DNA of 64,000 nt. It comes from Patescibacteria group bacterium. Its GTDB lineage: Bacteria; Patescibacteriota; Patescibacteriia; JAHIZJ01. The stretch covers positions 5,788 through 69,787 of the forward strand of contig JBAZLK010000006.1 in NCBI GenBank assembly GCA_041650335.1. Direction: 5' to 3'. Of the stretch, positions 51,216-59,454 are shown piece after piece (the first letter of the stretch is position 1; each line of letters opens with the position of its first letter). The notes beneath the pieces were generated by a model, which had not been told where the DNA came from, searched no databases, and saw only the letters and a program-made list of their open reading frames with translations. The position numbers and the translations under genes were made by a program.

Positions 51216-51478
51216 GTCGTTGGCAAGCTGTCTCTAAACATCAGTTTCAACGTAGATCTGCCTTTTGATGTTTTAAAGTAACGCTCGCGTCGGACAGCAT
51301 CAAGTTTTGATAAAAAAGCTTCGTAGCCAATTATTGCCGGCCTGCCCATATGCGCAGTTGTCCAGCATTTACCATTGTTATGCTCGGTAATTCTACGCCT
51401 CAAGTTATTTGTTCTACCAATATACATTCGTCTCTGTGTCGGAGAAAAGAGGAAATACACATAATGCATAAAACTCAT
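51176..51478 (-). CDS. small GIY-YIG nuclease family protein
   Basis: YVYFL...MYIGRTNNLRRRITEHN...AVRRERYFK. Confidence 0.9.
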   Translation of the reverse strand: MSFMHYVYFLFSPTQRRMYIGRTNNLRRRITEHNNGKCWTTAHMGRPAIIGYEAFLSKLDAVRRERYFKTSKGRSTLKLMFRDSLPTTLTPNRDGSGATP

Positions 51479-51511
51479 CGTGTGTCTCCCTGTCGTTTAT
51501 TTCATTCCTGT

Positions 51512-51598
51512 TGGTGCCGCGGGAGAGAATCGAACTCTCATGGGGTTGCCCCCACAGGATTTTAAGTCCTGCGTGTATACCAGTTCCACCACCGCGGC
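51512..51598 (-). tRNA. tRNA-Leu(TAA)
   Basis: GCCGCGGTGGTGGAACTGGTATACACGCAGGA-CTTAAAA-TCCTG, long variable arm, GTTCGATTCTCTCCCGCGGCACCA. Confidence 0.96.
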
Positions 51599-51684
51599 AC
51601 CAACAAGATTGAAAAGTTTTTTAATTTGATTTTATCCGGCACCACGCCAGGTGCCGGATATCCCGAACCCATCGTGGTTCGGGA

Positions 51685-51720
51685 TAAGTCCTGCGTGTAT
51701 ACCAGTTCCACCACCGCGGC
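51685..51720 (-). pseudogene. 5' half of tRNA-Leu(TAA), ending in the anticodon loop
   Basis: 36 bp identical to 51563-51598, abutting palindrome 51661-51684. Confidence 0.88.
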
Positions 51721-51727
51721 AGATACA

Positions 51728-52195
51728 TTATCGAATAAGTTGGAAGAGAACAATCCCGGTGGCCACGGCGACGTTCAGAGATTCTTTCTGGCCGCGCATC
51801 GGAATTTCCACCACGCGGTCGGCCAGCGACAATATTTTCGACGGCAAGCCTTTTACTTCATTGCCGACCACGAGCGCGAAAGGCGCGCGTACCCGACAAG
51901 TGTTATATTGAACGCTTTTGCGGGATTGTTCAAGGGCGACAATCGTATACCCGTCATTCTTCAGACGCTTGATGAGCCGGACGGTCTGGGCGTGGTGTTC
52001 CCAGGGCAAATACTTTTCTGCGCCAAGGGCAACTTTGGCAATTTTGTGATGGGGTGGCCGAGGCGTAATGCCGCCAAGGAAAAGTTTTGTAACACCAGCT
52101 GCATCGGCTGTTCGGAACATGGCGCCGACATTGAACCGGCTCCGGATGTTATAGAGGACGAGGATAGCGTCATGGTTTTTCTTCACGACAGGCAT
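51728..52195 (-). CDS. SpoU/TrmH family RNA methyltransferase
   Basis: NVGAMFRTADAAG, VVGNEVKG, IPMRGQKESLNVAVA. Confidence 0.92.
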   Translation of the reverse strand: MPVVKKNHDAILVLYNIRSRFNVGAMFRTADAAGVTKLFLGGITPRPPHHKIAKVALGAEKYLPWEHHAQTVRLIKRLKNDGYTIVALEQSRKSVQYNTCRVRAPFALVVGNEVKGLPSKILSLADRVVEIPMRGQKESLNVAVATGIVLFQLIR

Positions 52196-52617
52196 TGCTG
52201 GACAAAGCCATCAACTACTTTTTGATACGCCCCGAAACTACATTCAGTATAGTTTTCTTTCGTCAGCCAGCGATAGCCCTTTGATTCCTCGTTGATAACA
52301 ATCTCGCCTTCGAGAAAACGGCAGCAATAAAAAACTAAGAACAGATTCATATTCGGATGTCTAACATTCGTCGGTGCGACGCGAAACTTAAAAACGTCAA
52401 AGAGATTATTAATCACAAAGCGTATATTTAAGCCGAGTTCCTCCAACAATTCACGGCGCAAGCATTCCGATACTGGCTGATCGATTTCCGACGCTTCAAT
52501 CCGGCCGCCGGGGACGTCCCAATATTCGCTATAAGCATCTTTCAACGCTAAGAAGCGCGAACCGTTCTGGAGAAAGGCTTTTATTCCTACCTGAAAATTT
52601 TTTCCTGCCATTGCCAT
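52183..52617 (-). CDS. NUDIX hydrolase
   Basis: WDVPGGRIE...ECLRRELLEELGL. Confidence 0.88.
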   Translation of the reverse strand: MAMAGKNFQVGIKAFLQNGSRFLALKDAYSEYWDVPGGRIEASEIDQPVSECLRRELLEELGLNIRFVINNLFDVFKFRVAPTNVRHPNMNLFLVFYCCRFLEGEIVINEESKGYRWLTKENYTECSFGAYQKVVDGFVQQCLS

Positions 52618-52769
52618 GGTTTTATTCGTTCAATTATGTAAATTTACCATGAGGGACAGCAGGTGAACAAGCGCTTGTTCACCTGTGGTAGAGATTATCA
52701 AAAATGCCAATAAAATTGTATGAATAATTATTATAACTCTAATATTAGCCAAATATATTAAATAAGGTC

Positions 52770-52798
52770 TTGACAACAAGCAAAAAGTACGCTATTAT
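52770..52798 (+). promoter_or_regulatory. promoter TTGACA-N17-TATTAT
   Basis: Near-perfect consensus heading a non-coding structured region. Confidence 0.75.
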
Positions 52799-52804
52799 GC
52801 CTTG

Positions 52805-52992
52805 TTACACGATTGATTAGCGAACTTTATACGATCAAACGAGGAGAGAGTTTCCGCTAATACTAGCGGAATCGCCGCCCTGAGAAAGCGGCAAAAAAGC
52901 AACATTAGCCATATTCCTAGTTTAGGGTGGTGGTTTGTTGCGGCGTTCTCTCTTCTGATTGAACATCGCAGCAAAGCGCCACCCTTTTTTTT
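52805..52992 (+). ncRNA. candidate ~190-nt sRNA or leader ending in an intrinsic terminator
   Basis: Hairpin TTCCGCTA/TAGCGGAA; terminator AGGGTGGTG...CGCCACCCT plus T-tract at 52924-52992. Confidence 0.55.
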
Positions 52993-53103
52993 CTGCCGAA
53001 GCTCAACGTGTAGGCAGGTTGTTTGTCCGAATATCGGGGCTGATAGAGGTCACACATATTACATGGGCCTGAACTATCGCCCCGGGATTCGGGGAAATAA
53101 ACC

Positions 53104-53245
53104 AGAGGGGACGGACATGGAGGGGAGTAGAGAACGGTTTGGATAGCTGATTCATTCGGGCTAACCCTCGAGGCTTCAGTGAAACAAACCGGTCCGCCGA
53201 GCTTCGGCTCAAAGACGGACACCTCGCCTCCAGCTTCGTCCCTTT
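53104..53245 (+). ncRNA. structured RNA motif, copy 1 (three-way junction)
   Basis: TGGAGG/CCTCCA closing stem, CGGTTTG/CAAACCG, GTCCG/CGGAC, cUUCGg loop. Confidence 0.7.
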
Positions 53246-53326
53246 GGGCTTCCGCCAGAGCGTACCGCGGCTATTGTCGATGGTATGCTCCGGCGGGAAA
53301 AGGCACCTTACAATAAATATCCCCCC

Positions 53327-53460
53327 GCACCGACATGGAGGGGAGTAGAGAACGGTCCGCTGACCTGATTCTCCCGGGCTAACCCTCGCGGCTTCAGGAA
53401 AGCGCACTGGGCATGTGAGCTTCGGCTCAAAACATGTCAGTCTCGCCTCCAGTTCGGTGC
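53327..53460 (+). ncRNA. structured RNA motif, copy 2
   Basis: Same conserved loops with different but complementary stems (CGGT-CGCT/AGCG-ACTG, GGCATGT/ACATGTC, GCACCGA/TCGGTGC). Confidence 0.7.
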
Positions 53461-53482
53461 TGAGTATGCCTCGAACGTTGAC

Positions 53483-53561
53483 AATTTATCCTCCGCCTGA
53501 CTTTGGTATAATACGAAAGTTAGACGGAGCCTCCTGACAATAGTTGTTGGGAGGATAAATT
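53483..53561 (+). promoter_or_regulatory. extended -10 promoter (TGGTATAAT, 53504-53512) inside a 12-bp inverted repeat
   Basis: AATTTATCCTCC (53483-53494) and GGAGGATAAATT (53550-53561). Confidence 0.55.
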
Positions 53562-53617
53562 CAGGGTACGAGACACGGGGGTACGACACGGCAGAAATGC
53601 CAAGGAGGATCGAGATC

Positions 53618-54448
53618 ATGAAGAAGTTCTTCGTCGGCATGGGTGGCATCGCGGTCACGGCCATCATCTTGACCATCATCTTTGCCTTCTGGGGCCACAA
53701 TCTCAGTGAGCGCAAGGGCGAGCTGAACACCTGGAGCGGGGAACTGGCGAGCAAGGAGGCCGTGCTGAACCAGAAGGCTGAGGCACTCAACAACGCTCAG
53801 GCCGCGCTCAACCAGGCAAAGAACACGTTCGATGAACGCGTTCAGCGCGCCGAGTACATGCGGCAGCTCTTCACCGGCTTTCTGGCTCCGAGCTGGGAGC
53901 AGCAGGTGAAGATGGCGCGGGATTCCTACGGGGTCCTCGACCAGCGCTTCGATCAGTATCGCACGGTCGCCGAGGCGATGGCCAATCTCGGCAACTACAA
54001 CCTCACCTGGGAAGACGTCGGCATCAACGGCAACGAAGTGCGTTCGGCGCACGACCGGCTCGGACGCACCCTGGCGACCGAGCTGATCCAGTGCCTGGAC
54101 CAGCCGATCGAGTCACGGCGCGGACATTTCATCGGTCAGGGCGAAGGCTCGATCTCACTCGACGACCCCTGGGACGTCGGTCGCGAAATCGTCCAGCTGG
54201 TGAACGCCAGCGGGACGACCATCAAGGACTACGGCCTGAGCCCGGAACAATTCAGGGCCAAGCTGGTCCAAGACGCCCGCGAGCTCCTCGGCTATGCCCG
54301 GACCCTCAAGGGGACGGAGCAGTACCGCTGGGCCATGCAGTCGCTCGGTTCGTCCATCAACGAGTACAACATCGCCGGGCGCGAGCTCGGCCTCACCCAG
54401 AAGGAGAGGGATTTCCTCTGGGGGGAGTGCCGCTGCTACGTTCGGTGA
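53618..54448 (+). CDS. orphan membrane-anchored coiled-coil protein
   Basis: SD GGAGG, N-terminal TM, heptad stretch LNQKAEALNNAQAALNQAK. Confidence 0.75.
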   Translation: MKKFFVGMGGIAVTAIILTIIFAFWGHNLSERKGELNTWSGELASKEAVLNQKAEALNNAQAALNQAKNTFDERVQRAEYMRQLFTGFLAPSWEQQVKMARDSYGVLDQRFDQYRTVAEAMANLGNYNLTWEDVGINGNEVRSAHDRLGRTLATELIQCLDQPIESRRGHFIGQGEGSISLDDPWDVGREIVQLVNASGTTIKDYGLSPEQFRAKLVQDARELLGYARTLKGTEQYRWAMQSLGSSINEYNIAGRELGLTQKERDFLWGECRCYVR

Positions 54449-54590
54449 GCCCGACTCTCGCGTTGTTCTTCGGAACAAGGCAGGCGCGAGAATTCCAATG
54501 CACATCGCATATCTTCGGAGACGTCCTGCCCGTCTCCACCTTTTCTGAGTCCGTAAACATGTTTTGTGAGCTCAGAGATAGGTAAGAAAA

Positions 54591-54686
54591 CAATTCAAAA
54601 TAGTGAATTTATAAGGAAGAATAAAGAAAATCCCGCATGGCGGGATACAATAATTATTAATTCTGAATTTTGAATTGTGAATTATT
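54591..54686. repeat. heptamer-repeat inverted element with central TCCCG-N5-CGGGA palindrome
   Basis: CAATTCAAAAT...ATCCCGCATGGCGGGAT...TGAATTTTGAATTGTGAATT. Confidence 0.6.
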
Positions 54687-54832
54687 CTCCCTTGTGGCCG
54701 GCGATATCGAGGCTCCGAACTCTCTCCCGGAGTTTCGATATCTCTGGTCATATCACGACAGAGATCGGTTCTGAAACGCTCGTACCAGAGTGGTGCGAGT
54801 CATGCCTGAGCCGTTTCGTGGAGGATTGATCA

Positions 54833-55459
54833 ATGCGTACGGCGTTGCTCGTGGTGTTGTTGCTCGCGGTTCTGACCGGTGTGGCGCTGGCTGACCAGTG
54901 CCGCGATACCGGGGTCCAGCTCCAAGTCGTGGCGATCGGCGACAAACCGCTCGCTGCGAGCGGTACGAAGGCGATCTTCATCGGTGAATACCTGAAGATC
55001 CCGAGTGCTAGTACGGGTGGCGAGATCTACTTCGCTACCGTCGGGGTCAAGCAGCCCCTGCCGCACGATTGCTGGGTCCAGCCGGCCGCGAGTTACCTCG
55101 GCGGCTGGTACGCGAAACACGATGCCTCATCGTTGGCTCTTACCGCTGGGGCCAAGGCTGGGCCGGTGTACCTGACCCTGGATTTCAAGCGCTTTTCGGC
55201 GGTCGGCAATCACCGGACCAAGTTCTGGTACCACACGGTCGACTGGAAGTTCAACGGTCCGGCCGATCAAAAAGCGAAGGACAGAACCGGCGAGTACACC
55301 GTCGGGATCCACTTCAACAAGGTGGATCAGTCCGAACGCTGGGGGCTTCATCTGGCCAACCAGCTGAAACCCCATATCAGGCTAGAGGCCCGGTACTACC
55401 GGGTTCTCTACGGCGACGACCCGGTTCAGTACTTCCGGGCGCAACTGGCTATCTCTTGA
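54833..55459 (+). CDS. orphan secreted beta-strand-rich protein
   Basis: SD GGAGG, signal peptide ending VALA, alternating amphipathic strands. Confidence 0.72.
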   Translation: MRTALLVVLLLAVLTGVALADQCRDTGVQLQVVAIGDKPLAASGTKAIFIGEYLKIPSASTGGEIYFATVGVKQPLPHDCWVQPAASYLGGWYAKHDASSLALTAGAKAGPVYLTLDFKRFSAVGNHRTKFWYHTVDWKFNGPADQKAKDRTGEYTVGIHFNKVDQSERWGLHLANQLKPHIRLEARYYRVLYGDDPVQYFRAQLAIS

Positions 55460-55805
55460 CAGAACACCTCCGTGGCCGGGGCAATGGCCACAACCGGAGA
55501 GGCGCGCGCATTCCATGCTCAGCCCGCGCCTCTCCACCTCTTCCGAATCCTTGAGGCCATACCTCGATGGTTCAGATGAGTGACGCGGCATAAATTCACG
55601 TGGTTCGTGGGAGCTGACCGGAGTGCACATATGTGGGTTTCATATGTGTTCACTGCGGTCCGTTCTAGGACTTCGGTGGCAGGCTAGCCGCATGGTTTGT
55701 CTGACATCGATGGTAGTATAAGACGCGCCCGTGGCGTCTTTCGCGCCGGTCCCATAAAGCCGGCATCACTCAAGGGGGTTCCTGTTTCTGAGAGGAGTAT
55801 TGGGA

Positions 55806-57131
55806 ATGCGCAAGCTCATCCTGATCCTTGTCCTGATCCCGCTGGCATCCTTCGGGTTGGCCAGCCTGGCCTCGGCCCACGGTCCGATCGGTCCGCATTC
55901 GCACTATGCGCTGCGCGACCCTGACGACTGGGGGTTGTGGGGTATGTCGGGCGGCGACGAACGCGTCTGGGTCCTGCTCATGAAGGCAAACCCGGACATC
56001 CCGAACGACCGGCGCATGCTGCCTGGGTATGCGGTCAACATCCCGGAAGGCGTGGTCATGACTGAAGACGGTCGCGCGGTGCTCGCTGAGACGACGCCTG
56101 TGACCGAACCGACGATTCCTGCGCTCAGGCATGACAGCGGAGACTCTCTGCGGGCGGCCGTCACGAGGATGGTCGGGGCGCAGGAAAACCAAAGCCGCGC
56201 GCTGAACTTCCTCGTCTGGGCGCTCGTCGTCGTGTTGGCCATACTCCTCATCACCGCGTTGGTCGCGATGAGCCGGGGTAACACCATCAGGGCGCGCAAC
56301 GACGAACTCGCCAGGCTGCGGCAGCGGCACGACGAGGAGATCGAGAGCGCGACCCGGGAGGCGGTCGAGGAGGAACGACGCCGGCGGCGCGAGCGTATCC
56401 AGCAGGATCCGTACGCGGGTCCGCCGGTCGTGGCTGCGGGGCTGCCGACAGGCAACCTGGCCGCTGACTTCATGGTGAACCTCTACCGGCGGCGCTTCCC
56501 CGATCCGCAAGGTGCGGAACGTGGCACGCGCCTGCTTCGCGTCGAGCCGATCTGGGTCGAGGGCTACGACATCAACGTCGGTTACGGCGATGACCGTCAG
56601 CGCCGTCGCAACCTTATGGACCAGCAGCCGGCCTGGCGCGGCGTCTTCTCCTCCGGCGTGGTGATGGACCTGCTTCAAAGGTGCGCGAACGGCCTGTTCT
56701 CCGAGATCGGCCAACAGCTTCGCGACGACCAGGTGAGTCCGCGACTGGGTATTCCGGCGCTGGACGTTAACCGGCTGGTCTGGCCCGAGCTGGCCACCGT
56801 GACCGCGTCCGTTCCCGTGCCGACGGCTCCGGTCGCTACCACCGATGCTTCGGTCGCGCCTGCGACACCGGGAACGACCCCGTCGGCCGTTCCTCCGGGA
56901 CCGCGGATGTTCGTCATCATGGATGATACCGCCATCTACCGCCACCCGGGCGACACCGCCTTCCGCATGCTGTCCATCATCGGCCTCGACATCCAGTCCA
57001 GCGAGCGGGGCATCACGCTCCGGCGGGACGGGAACGAGATCGTTCTGGGAACGGATGCGGCGGGTGACGACCGGCAGGCGGCGAAGATCGGCGAGATCGT
57101 CGCGCGCGCCGGCACGGGCAGCGCCAGCTAG
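55806..57131 (+). CDS. orphan membrane protein with LysM-like N-terminal segment, TM and coiled coil
   Basis: Signal peptide; WVLLMKANPDIPNDRRMLPGYAVNIP resembles LysM C-terminal half; TM FLVWALVVVLAILLITALVAM. Confidence 0.7.
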   Translation: MRKLILILVLIPLASFGLASLASAHGPIGPHSHYALRDPDDWGLWGMSGGDERVWVLLMKANPDIPNDRRMLPGYAVNIPEGVVMTEDGRAVLAETTPVTEPTIPALRHDSGDSLRAAVTRMVGAQENQSRALNFLVWALVVVLAILLITALVAMSRGNTIRARNDELARLRQRHDEEIESATREAVEEERRRRRERIQQDPYAGPPVVAAGLPTGNLAADFMVNLYRRRFPDPQGAERGTRLLRVEPIWVEGYDINVGYGDDRQRRRNLMDQQPAWRGVFSSGVVMDLLQRCANGLFSEIGQQLRDDQVSPRLGIPALDVNRLVWPELATVTASVPVPTAPVATTDASVAPATPGTTPSAVPPGPRMFVIMDDTAIYRHPGDTAFRMLSIIGLDIQSSERGITLRRDGNEIVLGTDAAGDDRQAAKIGEIVARAGTGSAS

Positions 57132-57317
57132 CACAACCTGAACGGCATCGCGCCGTTCAACAACCAGGAGGGGGCTGTCACCTGACGGCTCCCTCCAAAC
57201 TTCTTTCATCAATCATCCTTCTGAATTCAGAATTATCCATTATTCTCCCCACCGAATTGATTGTTTCATGGAAAACAGTCAGCTCGGTGCGGATGGAAGT
57301 CAATATCCGCCGGGAGG

Positions 57318-57620
57318 ATGAACGTGACCGGTTATTTCATTGCCGCTCTGACGGGGATTGTTACCATGATCGTCGTCATCGTGGCCTACGAGCTCAGTAA
57401 GAGAATCCGTCGGGTTGCAGTCGCAAACGCCGTCATTATTGTACTCATTGTCGTGGCGGTTTCTGCAGGCATCTTCGGCTTATGCCAAGACGACAAAGTA
57501 AGCGACATCCCGACGGCCCGTGTGTTCGTCTGGCTTGTCTCCTACTCCGTAGGTGCCCTGGCGGGATGGCTCTTGAGGATCCAAGATCGTATCAACCGCT
57601 GGTTGCCGGAGCGCGATTGA
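57318..57620 (+). CDS. small three-TM orphan protein
   Basis: Three hydrophobic helices; GGAGG adjacent to start. Confidence 0.6.
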   Translation: MNVTGYFIAALTGIVTMIVVIVAYELSKRIRRVAVANAVIIVLIVVAVSAGIFGLCQDDKVSDIPTARVFVWLVSYSVGALAGWLLRIQDRINRWLPERD

Positions 57621-57773
57621 GGCTGACCGCGATCTGAATACTTCTCGTAGTCTACTGCATGGCAGTCGTTGAAACAACGCGGCGCGACAGCCGCACGGTG
57701 TACGAGTGGCTCGATCAGTTTGGCCGGACCGGACGGTTATCGCCGTCGGACCCCACAAACACGGAGGCGACCC

Positions 57774-58187
57774 ATGTTCCAGATCGAACTATCCCACACC
57801 TTCAACGTCGCTGAGTGGCGCTGTCCGGTTACTCGCATCGTTGACCTCGACTTCGTCGAGCGGGCGATTCGTCGCGGCAGTCTCGTGACGTTCACCTGCG
57901 CCATCGTCGGCTGCCACCACGAGGGGCGAGCGGTCGAGATGCGGAATCTGGACCGTGCGAAGAACGACGGCGTCATCGTGATCCTCTGTCAGGGCCATGC
58001 CTGTCAGATGGAGGATCAGGGACATCGTACGTACTGGCTCGACCAGACCCTAAGCCACGCTGTCCGGGGATTCCAGCAGCACTTCGACGAGGTGGTTGTC
58101 CGGACTGCGGACAGCCGGCCGCACACGCACCTTGGCCTGGTTCTCCAGGCGGCCTGCCGCCAGCAGCTCAGCCGTCAGGTCGCCTGA
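57774..58187 (+). CDS. orphan Cys/His-motif protein (possible Zn-binding)
   Basis: SD GGAGG; CAIVGCHH and LCQGHAC. Confidence 0.6.
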   Translation: MFQIELSHTFNVAEWRCPVTRIVDLDFVERAIRRGSLVTFTCAIVGCHHEGRAVEMRNLDRAKNDGVIVILCQGHACQMEDQGHRTYWLDQTLSHAVRGFQQHFDEVVVRTADSRPHTHLGLVLQAACRQQLSRQVA

Positions 58188-58463
58188 CCATCTGCACACC
58201 GCTCGTTACGAACGAGCCTACTTCTTACCTCGCTGGCACAGTCTTTCATGGCTGCGTCAGCGGGGTGCCTCTTGAAGCGCGTGATGGTTTATGCCATCAT
58301 GCATTTCAAACGGGTATGAGTATCACGCGTTCTCAAGGAACACGTCTTTGGCTAGCGGTGGCATCCCTGAGAGGAAACGGCGGAATGCCAAGTTCCCTTT
58401 TGGGACTTTCATCACCGCAGGCTACTTGTGAACGTAGCGCTATCTATGAAGGAGGTGGGTTCA

Positions 58464-58763
58464 ATGGGTTCGTGGAGCAGGGCATTGCTTATCGCGGTGA
58501 ACGTCGTGCTCTTACTTCCCAGTGTCGCCGGATTCGTCATCTGCATCCGCCTGATGTGGTTACGGCCGCGACCCGGAGACGTGACCTACCAGCACTTACG
58601 GAAGCGGATGACGTTTGCGGTGCTGTTGTTGGGAGCGCTCGAAGCCCTGTTGGTTAGCCAGCTGGGTCTCGGGGTAGCCGGGTTGATCACGAAACAAGCG
58701 CTGTATTTCGCGATCGCCTTTCAGGCGGTTCCGCGCTGCAGCCGGCTGGTCAGAAGTCCCTAG
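58464..58763 (+). CDS. small orphan membrane protein
   Basis: SD AAGGAGGTG; two to three TM segments. Confidence 0.6.
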   Translation: MGSWSRALLIAVNVVLLLPSVAGFVICIRLMWLRPRPGDVTYQHLRKRMTFAVLLLGALEALLVSQLGLGVAGLITKQALYFAIAFQAVPRCSRLVRSP

Positions 58764-58779
58764 ACAAGGAGGTCGAGTC

Positions 58780-59454
58780 ATGCAGGTCAAGAGTTTGATG
58801 TACCGGTTGGCCACTTTCCATGTCACCATGAGGGGCGGCCGCATCCCGTCCTTGGTTCTCATCACGGCGCTCTTGCCCGTCGTTCTCGGCGCGCTTGTCT
58901 GTGCTCCGCCGAACCCGATAGAACACCTGGTCACCCGTGAACAAGCGACCTTTGTACTCCAGGCGGTTGCCCAGGCGCAGAATGATCAGCTCGAGTCGGT
59001 ACCGCTCTATCCCGCACCGGGCATCACCGGACTGGTTCCGGTGTGTCCGACGAAGGGTGCGGAAGTCTGGACGGTCTTTGACGGCGGAGTCAGGAACGAA
59101 CAAACGATGCGTCGGATGGTCTGGACGCGGTTTCCTTCCACGGGCCGCCGAGCCAGCCCATTCTCTGATCCGTCAGCGTTCCAGCCGATGGACGACATCG
59201 GCAATCAACCCGCGTCCAAGACCTGTCCGGGCATCGCGGAAAATGTTCGCTACGTCTGGTATAATGTCGATCTGGCGCCGTCCGTCGAGCGACATTTCCG
59301 GATCTGGGGCGACCATTGGTACCTCGAGGTCCAGGGCGCGTCGTCGGGTCAGTACCGACTGTCGATTGCTCATGACCGTCAGGGGCGACGTAAGGCCGAG
59401 GACGTTTCCAGTTTGATCGAGAGGGCGCTCGCGTTCTGCCAGGCGAGACGTTAG
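58780..59454 (+). CDS. orphan membrane-anchored protein
   Basis: SD AAGGAGGT; N-terminal TM. Confidence 0.62.
   Translation: MQVKSLMYRLATFHVTMRGGRIPSLVLITALLPVVLGALVCAPPNPIEHLVTREQATFVLQAVAQAQNDQLESVPLYPAPGITGLVPVCPTKGAEVWTVFDGGVRNEQTMRRMVWTRFPSTGRRASPFSDPSAFQPMDDIGNQPASKTCPGIAENVRYVWYNVDLAPSVERHFRIWGDHWYLEVQGASSGQYRLSIAHDRQGRRKAEDVSSLIERALAFCQARR

Noticed and set aside
51130-51720. Group I intron in tRNA-Leu(UAA)
   Set aside because: The insert is filled by a complete tRNA and an ORF, shows no recognisable P7 core, and the distal 3' half is damaged so splicing could not restore it
51626-52225. 199-aa plus-strand ORF
   Set aside because: Antisense to the SpoU methyltransferase and the tRNA half
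52917-53407. Minus-strand ORFs 52917-53222 and 53003-53407 sharing a RVSPxES..TVLYSPPC peptide
   Set aside because: They are translations of the tandem nucleotide repeat; compensatory stem changes, cUUCGg loops and plus-strand G-U pairs point to RNA rather than protein
53104-53460. Tandem glycine riboswitch, T-box or hammerhead ribozyme identity
   Set aside because: Lacks GCCGAAG/CUCUCAGG (glycine), UGGNACC antiterminator bulge (T-box) and CUGANGA core (hammerhead; here CUGAUUC)
55770-57212. 480-aa minus-strand ORF
   Set aside because: Antisense shadow of 55806-57131, which has the SD, signal peptide and TM
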